In this document: one piece after another, positions 9,966-19,984 of the stretch | Layout: each line of letters opens with the position of its first letter | How positions within the stretch are numbered: the stretch's first letter is position 1 | Translations under genes and position numbers: made by a program | Notes under the pieces: generated by a model | Seen by the model: only the letters and a program-made list of their open reading frames with translations | Databases searched by the model: none | What the model was told of the DNA's origin: nothing | Origin: Cenarchaeum sp. | GTDB lineage: Archaea > Thermoproteota > Nitrososphaeria > Nitrososphaerales > Nitrosopumilaceae | Assembly: GCA_963692915.1 (NCBI GenBank) | Contig: OY843584.1 | Location: 1,536,001-1,600,000, forward strand | DNA: 64,000 nucleotides | Reading direction: 5' to 3'

Positions 9966-10787
9966 ATGAGGCTTGCAGCGACAATCATTCCGGCCATGCT
10001 GCTCATCATAGCTGTCGGCACCGCACACGCGCAGATGCAGTCAATGCCGACTGACGGCGGCGCGCTCATAGTCGAGCTCTCTCCGTCTCCTGACACGCCA
10101 CGGCCCGGCGAGGTTGTGCTGGGGATCAACTTTGTCAATCCGACAACGCAGGACACGCAAGTTCACATTGACTATGCGATGAACGTCACGATGGGTGGCA
10201 CGACATACGCAAGCGTCGAGCGCTCGCACACAGCAGAGGGAAGCGTTCGCATACCCGTGACGCTCGATGATGCCGGCACGTATAATGTGACCGTCACGAC
10301 TGACGGGATATACTTTCAGCCAATACCGGCGCAGTCGGCCATGTTCTCGCTTGCAGTCGGCGTCGCCTCGGGAACAGTAGATGAGCCAATGCCACCGAGC
10401 AACGGCGGGGGATGCCTCGTGGCAACTGCGGCGTATGGAACCGAGCTTGCGCCACAGGTCCAGTCCCTGCGCGAGCTTCGTGACAGGACAGTCATGGGCA
10501 CCGAGTCGGGCAGGGCATTCATGGCGTGGTTCAACTCGGCATACTATGCGTTCTCGCCGGCGATCGCCGACATGGAACGCCAGAACGAGCACCTTCGCGT
10601 GGTCGTTGCGCTGGCGATCACCCCGATGGTTTCCACGCTGGGCCTCCTCGAGAATGCCGGAATCGAGAGCGACGCCGAGATGGTCTCATACGGCCTGGCC
10701 GTGATCGCGCTAAACGCGGGCATGTATATCGGCACGCCCGCGCTGGCAGTCGTGGGAATCAGGCGCCTGGCGGCTCGCCGTGCCTAG
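9966..10787 (+). CDS. CFI-box-CTERM domain surface protein
   Basis: Signal peptide; GGGCLVATAAYGTELAPQVQSLRELRD...FNSAYYAFSP motif; C-terminal TM. Confidence 0.9.
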   Translation: MRLAATIIPAMLLIIAVGTAHAQMQSMPTDGGALIVELSPSPDTPRPGEVVLGINFVNPTTQDTQVHIDYAMNVTMGGTTYASVERSHTAEGSVRIPVTLDDAGTYNVTVTTDGIYFQPIPAQSAMFSLAVGVASGTVDEPMPPSNGGGCLVATAAYGTELAPQVQSLRELRDRTVMGTESGRAFMAWFNSAYYAFSPAIADMERQNEHLRVVVALAITPMVSTLGLLENAGIESDAEMVSYGLAVIALNAGMYIGTPALAVVGIRRLAARRA

Positions 10788-10821
10788 TAGGTATTTATTT
10801 ACCCGTGGCGTCCCTGCGTCA

Positions 10822-11880
10822 ATGAAGACAGCAACGATAGGAACGCTCTTTGCGATTCTAGCCATTGCGACATCAACTATGGCACACGCGCCCGCGTATG
10901 CGGAGCACGCCGACGATCCGACGGTCACTGTACCGGCGGGAACGGGCGTGGCCGGATGCGAGGCGACTGACGAGTGCTACCTTCCCCACACGATCGAGGT
11001 GGGTCCGGGAACCGAAGTGACGTGGGACAACATTGACACCGTGGCTCACACGGTCACGGCCGGATCCGCGACTGAGGGCCCCACAGGCGAGTTTGACAGC
11101 AGCCTACTGCTGGCAGGCAACACCTTTGAGCACGAGTTTGAGGAGGTCGGCGAGTACCCGTACTATTGCATAGTGCACCCGTGGATGGCAGGCGTGGTTC
11201 AAGTCACACCGTATGACCACCATGACGACGATGATGCCCATGGAGACGACGCGAACAAGATGACGGACAACGGCGACAAGCCAGCTATGATAGACGAGGA
11301 TGAGAACACGATGCCTTTGACTGACACAATGACGGATATGGGCAACGGCGACGAGACGAACGATGGCATGACGTCAAGCAACATGGGTAACATGAACGAG
11401 ATGATGCCGAGCACCATGGCAAACATGATGGACGGCATGATGATGACGCTTGAAGGCGGCGAGGTTATGGTTCACGTGTCCGCAATGGACGACCCAATGG
11501 CCGGTGAGCCACTCGAGCTAGCACTTGCATTCACAGACAGCGAAGGCATGATGACACAGCACGTAAACTATGACATCCGCGTGACGCAGGGCAACATGGT
11601 CGTGTTCAGCGAGAACAGCGCCCATGACCACCAGGCAGGCGGTCCGGCAATGGTAACCACAAGGGTACTAGAGTCAGACGATCCAGTCGACGTTCGCGTG
11701 ACGTTTCAGGGCTTTGGACTGCCCGGATCGTCGATAGCCGAGCGTGATGGCCCCACAGGCGAGATGGTCGAGTTTGAGCAAGTTCCCGAGTTTGGCACCA
11801 TCGCAGTGATGGTGCTCGTTGTGGCAATCGTAAGCATTGTCGCAGTGACCTCACGGTCAAGCGTGTTCCAGCGAGTCTAG
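10822..11880 (+). CDS. Blue copper (plastocyanin-like) protein with His/Asp/Met-rich linker and PEFG-CTERM sorting signal
   Basis: YYCIVHPWM; HHDDDDAH and Met-rich tract; VPEFGTIAVMVLVVAIVSIV C-terminus. Confidence 0.9.
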   Translation: MKTATIGTLFAILAIATSTMAHAPAYAEHADDPTVTVPAGTGVAGCEATDECYLPHTIEVGPGTEVTWDNIDTVAHTVTAGSATEGPTGEFDSSLLLAGNTFEHEFEEVGEYPYYCIVHPWMAGVVQVTPYDHHDDDDAHGDDANKMTDNGDKPAMIDEDENTMPLTDTMTDMGNGDETNDGMTSSNMGNMNEMMPSTMANMMDGMMMTLEGGEVMVHVSAMDDPMAGEPLELALAFTDSEGMMTQHVNYDIRVTQGNMVVFSENSAHDHQAGGPAMVTTRVLESDDPVDVRVTFQGFGLPGSSIAERDGPTGEMVEFEQVPEFGTIAVMVLVVAIVSIVAVTSRSSVFQRV

Positions 11881-11891
11881 GAAACCACAAC

Positions 11892-12512
11892 TTATCTTCT
11901 TTTTATGAGCGCCATAGTGGCGAGTGCGATCCCCGCCACGCCAAATGCCGCGCCAAATAGGGCAATGTCGTATGCGACGGGGTCAGATGTGGGAGCTGCA
12001 GCACCGCCTGATGCGATCTCGCGCTGCATCGCAGAAACTGTGCTGCGCAGGGCATCAATGTCGGCGTTGCCCGAGGCCTCCCTTGGCGGAAAGTCAAGGG
12101 CAGCCGTCCTTTCAACATCCTCTATGCGGATAGGCGTGTCGACTGGAGTCTCGCCTATGTTGCCCTCTAGGTGGACAGAGTACGAGCCGGCCCTAGTCGG
12201 AATTATCTTTGTGTAATAGTGGCCCGGCTTTGGGTCATTGAGTATCTCGGCTGCGCGCTCGACACCGCCAAACTTTAGCGTCACCTCGATGCCCGAGAAC
12301 GATGCGGCAACGCCGCGCCTGACGCCCTCGCTCCCGCCGGACTCTGTGACCGAATATACGACGGTGTTGCGCATCCCCTCGATGGGCGGCTCTATTCCCC
12401 AGCCGACCTCGATCTCATAGGGGTCAACCTCGACTGTCGTGTGTGCGCTGGCCATCGGCACACCGATGACTAGCGAGGCTGCGATGACCATTGCGACAAA
12501 GAGCGCGCGCAC
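11892..12512 (-). CDS. Secreted/membrane-anchored hypothetical protein (mature N-terminal His, possible copper-binding)
   Basis: GTG start at 12512 about 26 nt below a CTTAAAA box; signal ending ASAH; IEVGWGIEPP; C-terminal TM + KRR. Confidence 0.7.
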   Translation of the reverse strand: MRALFVAMVIAASLVIGVPMASAHTTVEVDPYEIEVGWGIEPPIEGMRNTVVYSVTESGGSEGVRRGVAASFSGIEVTLKFGGVERAAEILNDPKPGHYYTKIIPTRAGSYSVHLEGNIGETPVDTPIRIEDVERTAALDFPPREASGNADIDALRSTVSAMQREIASGGAAAPTSDPVAYDIALFGAAFGVAGIALATMALIKRR

Positions 12513-12632
12513 TGTGCTGCGAGTGGAAGCCGCAGGCGTTTTAAGCCTTTGGCGCTCATGCGCCATGGACACGTGTGGTAATCCCATACCACAGATAGCT
12601 ATTTAGCAAACTCGGTGGCATGCCAACTCGCA

Positions 12633-15600
12633 ATGAGGCACGCCGCAGCAGCACTACTCGCCGTACTCGCCGGAATGGGTGCGGCGTATGCGTTCACCGG
12701 CGACACGGTGAGCCTGCCGCAAGAGAGGCCTGACGTGCAAGAGCTGCTCACGTCTGGCATAATCGAGACCGGCGAGATTCGCGAAAACCTCGCAACGAGG
12801 TATCTCGTGTTCAGCGAGGGCTCGCGCGGGTTCTCAACTGAACTTGGCGACTCGGACATTCCGCGAGTTGCCGCACTCGGGCACCGGATAGCTGCTGACA
12901 TGCGAGTCGAGCTGCACAACGAGACGGCAACTGACGTGTCTAGGATCGGCGAGCTCTCCGGCACGCTGCACGTGCGCGAGGAGCACGGACTAGACGGGAC
13001 TGGCGTGCGCGTTGCCATAGTCGACACGGGAGTCGACTTTTCAAATCCTGACTTGCGCCATGCCCTCGCGCGAGACCCCGTGACAAACCATCCCATAATG
13101 CTCGACGCTGACGCGCAGGGGATCGTCCTGACAAACTCTACGTTCGTCGCGCGAATTGGCGATGACGGGACAATATCCGAGTACGGCTCTGTGCTGCCCG
13201 AGTGGGCAACGTCATCAGTCAGGGTGGAGCCCACGGGCGTGTACCTTGACGTCGAGCGCGGGGGAAGCGGAACCAGGGTCGCCGTGTACAACTCGTTCTT
13301 TCCAGAGGCCGGACCCGGCACAGGACCAATATTCAACGCGACGATGGACGATGACATGAGGATCGGCCACGGCCCGGACGACTATATAGTGTCCAAGAGC
13401 GGCGTCTACCGGCTAGGCGTGATATACCAGGGGTCCCTTGAGGGCGCGCTAGTCGGCCTGCAAGTCGTCCCAGTCCTCGTAATCGACGCAGTCAAGGCCG
13501 GCATATATGACACGATAATCCCCGATCTCTCGACGTCATGGCTTGACTATACGCGCTCCTCGCTGCCTGCCGGCGTGATGCCCGACTATGACTTTGACTT
13601 TACCGACGAGGTTCCAGTCGTGCTCGGCTCAGGCAACGAGACGCTCGTGTACGACTCTGATGATGACGGCTTGGGCGACTATAGCGTCGGCACGATCGGC
13701 GCGCACGTGCTCGACGTGTATGGCGCGCTGCGCGGCAACGCGACTGGCGAGCCGGCCATGGGTCCTGACCTGCGCATCCTCCCGCCGATGGACCCCGGAG
13801 GAGAATTTTTCGGGATAATGGCCGACTCGGTCGGCCACGGCACGTCTAGTGCCGCAACAGTCGCCGCAGCGGGCACGATCGAGTATGACATTTACAACTC
13901 TACATCAAGGCACACGATCACGGGTGCTGCCCCCGGCGCGTCGATCGTGCCGATAAAGGCGCTCTGGTACGGTGACACGCCGCATGCGTGGATGTGGGCC
14001 GCGGGCATGGACCTGCGCGATGACGGGACATGGAGATACACGGGCTCGCCGCGGGCCGACATTGTGTCAAACAGCTGGGGCGCGCCACAGTTTCCGTCCA
14101 CGGGCGAGGCGCCCGGCCTTGACACAGTCTCGCTCCTCCTCTCGTACCTCTCGGCGCCGGGATCCCTCGGGCCAGACTATCCCGGAGTGCTCTTTGTGAC
14201 TAGCGCCGGAAACTCTGGCCATGGGTATGGCACGATGGCAGCGCCCGGTGCAGCACCATTCGCGCTGACTGCCGGCGCGACTACGAACAGCGCGTTTGTC
14301 GGATATGGGAACTTTGAGGGTGAGCCACGATTTGGCAACTCGACGGCCTCGCACGGCCACCTCGTGGACTTTAGCAGCCGCGGGCCGACGACGATCGGCG
14401 ATCCAAAACCGGACATGCTCTCAACTGGGGCATACTCTTTTGTGCCTTCAAGCGTCCTGCGCGCACCGCGAGATGACGGCCCACACGAGCCGTTCTCGCT
14501 GTTTGGCGGGACCAGCATGGCAGCGCCGATGGTCTCTGGTGCTGCTGCAGTCACACTCGAGGCACTTCGGGCGCAGGACAGTTACGGGTCAGTCAGCCCG
14601 CACAGGCTAAAGTCGATACTAGTCTCGACTGCCGCTGACACGGGAAACGACGCGCTAGCGCAGGGCGCAGGACTGGCCAATGCGACTGGCGCCGTCTCGT
14701 TTGCGCGAGGCGAGGCCGGCTCGTTCCTAGTCACAAACGACGCGACGCACAGAAACGTGCTAGACGCGATGCGCGAGCCGCTAAACCTCCTCAACGCGAC
14801 GGCCCTCGGCCTGCGCGAGATACGCATGCCCGAGGAGGCACACGCGCACACGTCGTGGTATGGCGGCAGGGTCATGGCCGGCGAGTCAATGACTGCGACA
14901 TTTACGGTTGAAAACCCGTCTGATGAGACGCTCACCGTCTCCATCAGGCCAGAGTCGACATCACTACTGTCATCCTCGACGTATGCGGGCGTCACCACAC
15001 CGCATGAGGTCGATCCAGAGCTGGACGACTATGGCGTGTTTGCGCCAAACTATGTCCCCCTCTCCGGCGTTGCGGCCCATGACACGCTAGAGTCGTACTT
15101 TGAGGAGGCCTCGATACCGCCCGAGTCAAGCCTCCTGGTCCTGAGCGCAAGCTTTGGCCTCGGCGAGTTTATGAACATGACTGTGAACGAGGAGGCATAC
15201 GCCTCAGACATCCGCCTCTCCTCGCTATACCTGTATGACTGGGTCGACTCGGACAACAGCACGCGCCCCGAGTCCTCCGAGCTCGCCCTCGTCTCGCGGG
15301 CCGGCTCTTGGGGAACGGTCCAGGAGATGCGCGTCTCCGAGCCGGCCGCGCAGTTTGAGGGCACGCCGCTCGTCGGGATTTACCCCCTGCCGACGCGCTA
15401 TTCGTACTGGACGGGTGACACGGGGACAAACTCGACGTCCATGGAGTACGCGCTGACTGCATCCTACTATGCGCCATCGCGCTGGGACGCAGTCTGGCTT
15501 GAGACTGACGAGCTCGTCGTGCCGCCAAACTCGAAAGCTCGCCTCCGCGCGACTGTCGTCGTGCCCGAGTCCGCCGAGCCCGGCGTGCACCAGGGGTTCT

Positions 15601-16148
15601 TGCGCTTTGAGGGCGACTCGCAGGTGACTCTAGTGCCCGTGTCGTATGCCGTAAAGGTGCCCGTGGGGGAGCGCAAGGTTCCCGTCGAGCGCGTGGCATC
15701 CACCACGCCGCGCTCGCCGGGGGAGATTCGCGGCGCATTTGACATGGTCAGCACGTACATGGCCGGAGACTGGAGCCAGCACCACTTTGACGTGGATGAC
15801 CCGTCGGCAAGCTCTGCAGTCATCGACGTGTCATGGGAGGATCCGCAGACTAGCGTCACGGCGTTCGTCGTCGAGCCGGGAGGCTCGATAGCCGCATCAA
15901 GCGCGCCGCCTGGCGCGTTTGGCGGGATACTCGGGTGGCCGTCCTCGGACTGGCTCGGCCCCACGCAGTTCAGCCAGGGCGGCGGGTTTTTCCCCGTGAC
16001 GGGGCGCAACTCTACATCGACGCTGTTCGTCGCGCCGGTCAACGCGACTGGCACGTATGGCATCATGGTACACGCCACAGTCTTTGGGGCCGGCGAGCAC
16101 GGAGACGCGCTTTCTGAGCCGATATCAGTAGGCGTGCAGGTTCGCTAG
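12633..16148 (+). CDS. Large S8 family (subtilisin-like) serine protease
   Basis: Catalytic motifs VAIVDTGVD, GHGT, SAGNSG, FGGTSMAAPMVSG; signal peptide. Confidence 0.95.
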   Translation: MRHAAAALLAVLAGMGAAYAFTGDTVSLPQERPDVQELLTSGIIETGEIRENLATRYLVFSEGSRGFSTELGDSDIPRVAALGHRIAADMRVELHNETATDVSRIGELSGTLHVREEHGLDGTGVRVAIVDTGVDFSNPDLRHALARDPVTNHPIMLDADAQGIVLTNSTFVARIGDDGTISEYGSVLPEWATSSVRVEPTGVYLDVERGGSGTRVAVYNSFFPEAGPGTGPIFNATMDDDMRIGHGPDDYIVSKSGVYRLGVIYQGSLEGALVGLQVVPVLVIDAVKAGIYDTIIPDLSTSWLDYTRSSLPAGVMPDYDFDFTDEVPVVLGSGNETLVYDSDDDGLGDYSVGTIGAHVLDVYGALRGNATGEPAMGPDLRILPPMDPGGEFFGIMADSVGHGTSSAATVAAAGTIEYDIYNSTSRHTITGAAPGASIVPIKALWYGDTPHAWMWAAGMDLRDDGTWRYTGSPRADIVSNSWGAPQFPSTGEAPGLDTVSLLLSYLSAPGSLGPDYPGVLFVTSAGNSGHGYGTMAAPGAAPFALTAGATTNSAFVGYGNFEGEPRFGNSTASHGHLVDFSSRGPTTIGDPKPDMLSTGAYSFVPSSVLRAPRDDGPHEPFSLFGGTSMAAPMVSGAAAVTLEALRAQDSYGSVSPHRLKSILVSTAADTGNDALAQGAGLANATGAVSFARGEAGSFLVTNDATHRNVLDAMREPLNLLNATALGLREIRMPEEAHAHTSWYGGRVMAGESMTATFTVENPSDETLTVSIRPESTSLLSSSTYAGVTTPHEVDPELDDYGVFAPNYVPLSGVAAHDTLESYFEEASIPPESSLLVLSASFGLGEFMNMTVNEEAYASDIRLSSLYLYDWVDSDNSTRPESSELALVSRAGSWGTVQEMRVSEPAAQFEGTPLVGIYPLPTRYSYWTGDTGTNSTSMEYALTASYYAPSRWDAVWLETDELVVPPNSKARLRATVVVPESAEPGVHQGFLRFEGDSQVTLVPVSYAVKVPVGERKVPVERVASTTPRSPGEIRGAFDMVSTYMAGDWSQHHFDVDDPSASSAVIDVSWEDPQTSVTAFVVEPGGSIAASSAPPGAFGGILGWPSSDWLGPTQFSQGGGFFPVTGRNSTSTLFVAPVNATGTYGIMVHATVFGAGEHGDALSEPISVGVQVR

Positions 16149-16189
16149 TGCGGTTTGGCTCTGGCCAGCTCGGCCCATTGCCTGCATCG

Positions 16190-16588
16190 TCACTTGCCCA
16201 GTTCTGAGTTTAGGCGTATGCGCACAAAGAGTGGGTGAAACTCTAGGTTGCGCTCTATGACCTTGCTGTATTTGCGCGCAAACGCGCGCCTCATATGGCC
16301 ACACTCTAGCTCGTCGCAACCGGGCAAAAGCGAGGCACACTCGCGTTTAACCCGCTGTTCAGCAGAGCACGTTGAGCAGATCTTTTTCTTGTATTGCTCG
16401 CTGTGCTCCGCATTCAGTCCTAGGATCCTTCTTCCCTCGTCTAGCCAGTCGGCCATGCGCCCGTCCCAGGCCTCTTGAGCCGGTGACCTTGGCGCGTCCC
16501 TGATCTCTAACTTTTCACTCGTGATCAACCGGCCGACTCTCATGATCCAAATGCGGTCTTGGTCAGTTTTATTGGATCTTTTAATCAA
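16190..16588 (-). CDS. Hypothetical Cys-rich protein
   Basis: 132-aa ORF with CxxC and further Cys/His; AT-rich TATA-like region upstream; start uncertain. Confidence 0.55.
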   Translation of the reverse strand: MIKRSNKTDQDRIWIMRVGRLITSEKLEIRDAPRSPAQEAWDGRMADWLDEGRRILGLNAEHSEQYKKKICSTCSAEQRVKRECASLLPGCDELECGHMRRAFARKYSKVIERNLEFHPLFVRIRLNSELGK

Positions 16589-16630
16589 TTATATAATCTG
16601 TCATAATGGTTATGTACTAGATCAATAAAC

Positions 16631-17587
16631 CTATTGCTTTATGTTCAGCCCAACTCTGTTCCCGTAATACTCGTCAAATGAGGCCTTTCCAATTTTCTTG
16701 CTAATCCCCTTGACCTCGTCATATGCGACATTAAGAGATTGTGCGACATCCCTCGCATAATCGTTATCTGACTCTTCATAACACCAGCTATCGCCATCCA
16801 GGAGATACGACCTGCTCTTCTGGCCTCTGAACATCGTTGTCTCAAAGCAAAATGTATGAACACCATGTGCCAAACCATACGCTAGGTTCGATCTTATGGG
16901 TTTTTTATTGTACTTTGTTCGTCTTGGAAATATGCCAACCATATTGCACCATTTCTTGTTCTCTGACATTAGTTGAGATAGCATATTCCAGTTTCTGTTA
17001 TAGATTTTATATCCGCCCCATTGTACATTAAAGCGTAAATAATCGTTACAATTCAGTATGTATCGCATCTTTTCCTCAAACCTACTTCCTACATCACAAC
17101 GTAAGTTGATAGATGGGGATTTTCTTTGGTTGGTGTCAAATCTATCTAGATCTTCAAGGTCTTTTTTTAGGCCGTCTAGTCCTTGGTTCCTGTTAGACTC
17201 GATGTCTCCGATAAATGTGGTGTTTAGCTCTCTCTGCAATTCAAGCAAACTCATTCGTTGTTCGTATGTTGGATTGATCTTTTTGACGGCCGTTACGCTC
17301 ATAGATGTAATGTCAGGTTCGTAGTCATGCTCTATTTGCTTAAATGTGGTCTTTATACTTTGTATGTCTGTGCTTGTTATCTCTGCCTTGTCTATCACAT
17401 AATGATAGTTAAACATAGTGGGCTTGGCCTTAATCTCACATTCTTCTCCCCTCGAGTAGTCTATTTGGTTTGCGCACAATTCTGGCAACATGTACGTCTT
17501 TTGCCCCACCGTGACTTCTAGGCCTCTGATCCCAGAGCTTTGCGCTAGCTCTGACAATAGTGGCACCGATCTGATCGCAAGCCTCAT
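16631..17587 (-). CDS. Hypothetical protein in AT-rich insert
   Basis: Long ORF, visibly lower GC than flanks; ATG 17587 below a TTATTAAT box. Confidence 0.75.
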   Translation of the reverse strand: MRLAIRSVPLLSELAQSSGIRGLEVTVGQKTYMLPELCANQIDYSRGEECEIKAKPTMFNYHYVIDKAEITSTDIQSIKTTFKQIEHDYEPDITSMSVTAVKKINPTYEQRMSLLELQRELNTTFIGDIESNRNQGLDGLKKDLEDLDRFDTNQRKSPSINLRCDVGSRFEEKMRYILNCNDYLRFNVQWGGYKIYNRNWNMLSQLMSENKKWCNMVGIFPRRTKYNKKPIRSNLAYGLAHGVHTFCFETTMFRGQKSRSYLLDGDSWCYEESDNDYARDVAQSLNVAYDEVKGISKKIGKASFDEYYGNRVGLNIKQ

Positions 17588-17841
17588 GGCTCCCCGACAG
17601 TCACTGTGATTAATAACTATGATCATAAACATGGCACTCGCCGCTGACTGCTCCCAGATTGACACGTGCCATGCCCCCATGCGCAGGATCGAACCTGACT
17701 GCGCCCCTGGGCCTGATCGCAGCTAGCTTGCCGATCCGCACCGGCCACAAGGCTCCATGACGGCGATACCGTCCATGAGTGGCACCCCGCGCCGAAATTC
17801 CGAGTAGGTTTATAACCAAAGTTGGGCGGCGCGCCCCACAG

Positions 17842-18450
17842 ATGTCCGAGGAGGCAAGGGCCGGGGGCTCCAGCGGCCTCTCGAGGCGCGACTTTCTCAA
17901 GCTTATGGGCGCCGCTGGCACTGGCCTCGCATTTGCTCCGTTCGTGCCGTGGGGCCAGTTCATGCCAAACCCGTCATCTGCGTCCCTCGAGCGCGTGCCC
18001 GTCGAGCTGCCAGACGGGTCGCAGGCCAACGCCGCGACGTTTCCCGTAAACCACTCCGAGGTCATCACGTACCCGCGGACCGGCGATCGCGTTCTTGACG
18101 AGGAGGCGTTTCGCAAGTGGCAGCTCATACGCCTGCCCGAGGAGCTCGGCGGCACGGCCAACGACGCAAGCTCGTTTCGCGTGTTTAGCATGGTCTGCCT
18201 CCACCTGTGGTGCCTCTGGAAGTACTGGCCCGATGCGGGCCGTCGGCGCGGCGAGTGCCCGTGCCACGGGAGCATGTATGACGCGCGCACGGGAACGTCA
18301 TTTGCAGGTCCTGCATCACTCCAGGCCCCGCCGTCAGACACGCTTCCAAAGCTCGACCTCGAGGCGGGCAGTGACGGCCTCTTGTGGATAAAGCCCCCTG
18401 TCTGGGGCGTCAATGACAACGGTGTGGTGGGCTATGGCCGCTTTGTATGA
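17842..18450 (+). CDS. petC: Rieske [2Fe-2S] protein of complex III
   Basis: Tat motif SRRDFLK; CLHLWC and CPCHGSMY motifs. Confidence 0.95.
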   Translation: MSEEARAGGSSGLSRRDFLKLMGAAGTGLAFAPFVPWGQFMPNPSSASLERVPVELPDGSQANAATFPVNHSEVITYPRTGDRVLDEEAFRKWQLIRLPEELGGTANDASSFRVFSMVCLHLWCLWKYWPDAGRRRGECPCHGSMYDARTGTSFAGPASLQAPPSDTLPKLDLEAGSDGLLWIKPPVWGVNDNGVVGYGRFV

Positions 18451-19909
18451 GGGCCGCCAGACTGGCGCCGTAGGATTTTTCCACTGGCTATGGGACGGCT
18501 TTGAGCGCACGATATTTGCCGCCGTAAAGTTCTCGTTCCCGTCAAGGTTTGTGAGCCCGTTTGGGTTTCTTGGAATGCTCACGTTCATCGTGTTCATCAT
18601 ACTTGGCGTCTCTGGCGCGCTCCTCATGTTCTACTATCAGCCGATACTCGATCGCGCATGGGACAGCGTCCAGTTCATCAATGACGAGGTTCCGTTTGGA
18701 TTCCACATACGCAACATACACTATCACGGGTCAAACGCCATGGTTCTCCTGGCCATACTCCACATGTACTATCAGTATTTCAGCGGCCGCTACAAGATAC
18801 GCAACGAGCTCCTCTGGGTGACCGGAGTCATACTCGGCACGGTCACGATACTCGAGGCGTTCACCGGATATGACGTGATATTCAGCGAAAGGGCTGAGCT
18901 TGCGATCAGCATTGCCGCATCGCTGACCAACTCTATACCGGTAATAGGGCCGACGATCCGAGAGTCCGCATTTGGGGCCGGATTTTCGGACTTTGTCCTG
19001 CGGTTCTATGCGCAGCACGTCTTTATCCTGCCTGTGGTCATGCTCGGCCTCATGGCGGTCCACTTTCCACGGTTTCTCGTCTTTGACGTGCCCATGGTCA
19101 TGGCGATCTCGGGCGCGATACTCATCACGGGCGGCGTGTTTCCAATAGACCTTGGGTTCAAGTTCGAACCCACGGTGCCGCCGGGGATCACGGTTCCCGA
19201 GTGGTACCTGACTGCGCTCTATGCGTTCTTGCGCACGCAATACGACAAGTTCGTCACCGGCGTGCTCTGGCCGGGCCTCTTTATCCTCGCGCTACTCCTC
19301 GTCCCGTTCATCGACCGCTACAAAAAGTTCTCCTGGAAGGATCGCCCCCTCATCACGGCCTTTGGCATAACGGGAATCGCGCAGATGATGGTCACGACAT
19401 ACTGGGGGTTCTACATACCCTCTGACACGTCAATACCGCTCGTCGAGCGCCTAGTCATAGACCCGATATACCTCTACACGGTGATGATCCTCCTCGTGCC
19501 GCTAGGGTTTGGGTTTAGCTATATGATGATCCACATGGCCCGCGAGGCCGAGCGAAAGGCAAAGCTCGCCAAGGAGAGCGGGCCGCGCCAGGTCGCAAAG
19601 ATAGACCTGTCTGACAAGTGGGTCAACTGGATAATCATCGCGCTTATCGCGTTCCAGGTCTTCCTCAACATTGCCGCATACAATGCGGCACTCGCCGGAA
19701 TGAAGAACCTGTCGCTGTTCTGGGTCGGCCTCATACTCGTCGTCTTTGCGGCGTTCTTTCACGTGTACCGCTATGGCCTCGGCAAGGCCAAAAAGCTGCC
19801 CACGCCGCCGCCGGGCATCGTGGCCCGCGAGAGGCCAAAGGCCATCGAGGCGGCCCCCGAGACGCCCGAGCTGCCCGAGTCTGGCACGCCTGATGGCGCA
19901 AAGACATAG
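18434..19909 (+). CDS. petB: Cytochrome b (b/b6) of complex III
   Basis: RNIHYHGSNAM, LHM, FTGY, QHVFILP, PEWY motifs; many TM helices. Confidence 0.95.
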   Translation: MAALYEGRQTGAVGFFHWLWDGFERTIFAAVKFSFPSRFVSPFGFLGMLTFIVFIILGVSGALLMFYYQPILDRAWDSVQFINDEVPFGFHIRNIHYHGSNAMVLLAILHMYYQYFSGRYKIRNELLWVTGVILGTVTILEAFTGYDVIFSERAELAISIAASLTNSIPVIGPTIRESAFGAGFSDFVLRFYAQHVFILPVVMLGLMAVHFPRFLVFDVPMVMAISGAILITGGVFPIDLGFKFEPTVPPGITVPEWYLTALYAFLRTQYDKFVTGVLWPGLFILALLLVPFIDRYKKFSWKDRPLITAFGITGIAQMMVTTYWGFYIPSDTSIPLVERLVIDPIYLYTVMILLVPLGFGFSYMMIHMAREAERKAKLAKESGPRQVAKIDLSDKWVNWIIIALIAFQVFLNIAAYNAALAGMKNLSLFWVGLILVVFAAFFHVYRYGLGKAKKLPTPPPGIVARERPKAIEAAPETPELPESGTPDGAKT

Positions 19910-19984
19910 TGTGCACCGTCGCGCGCGAGTTGACGCCTTTTCGATCATGGGACTTAATAGTCAGTAGCGCCGCTTCTGGCTCCG

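Noticed and set aside
17670-17705. tRNA-like T-arm (CAGGTTCGATCCTG on the minus strand) at the edge of the AT-rich insert
   Set aside because: Loop is 6 nt, and there is no matching acceptor stem, D-arm or anticodon arm; cannot be supported as a tRNA or att site
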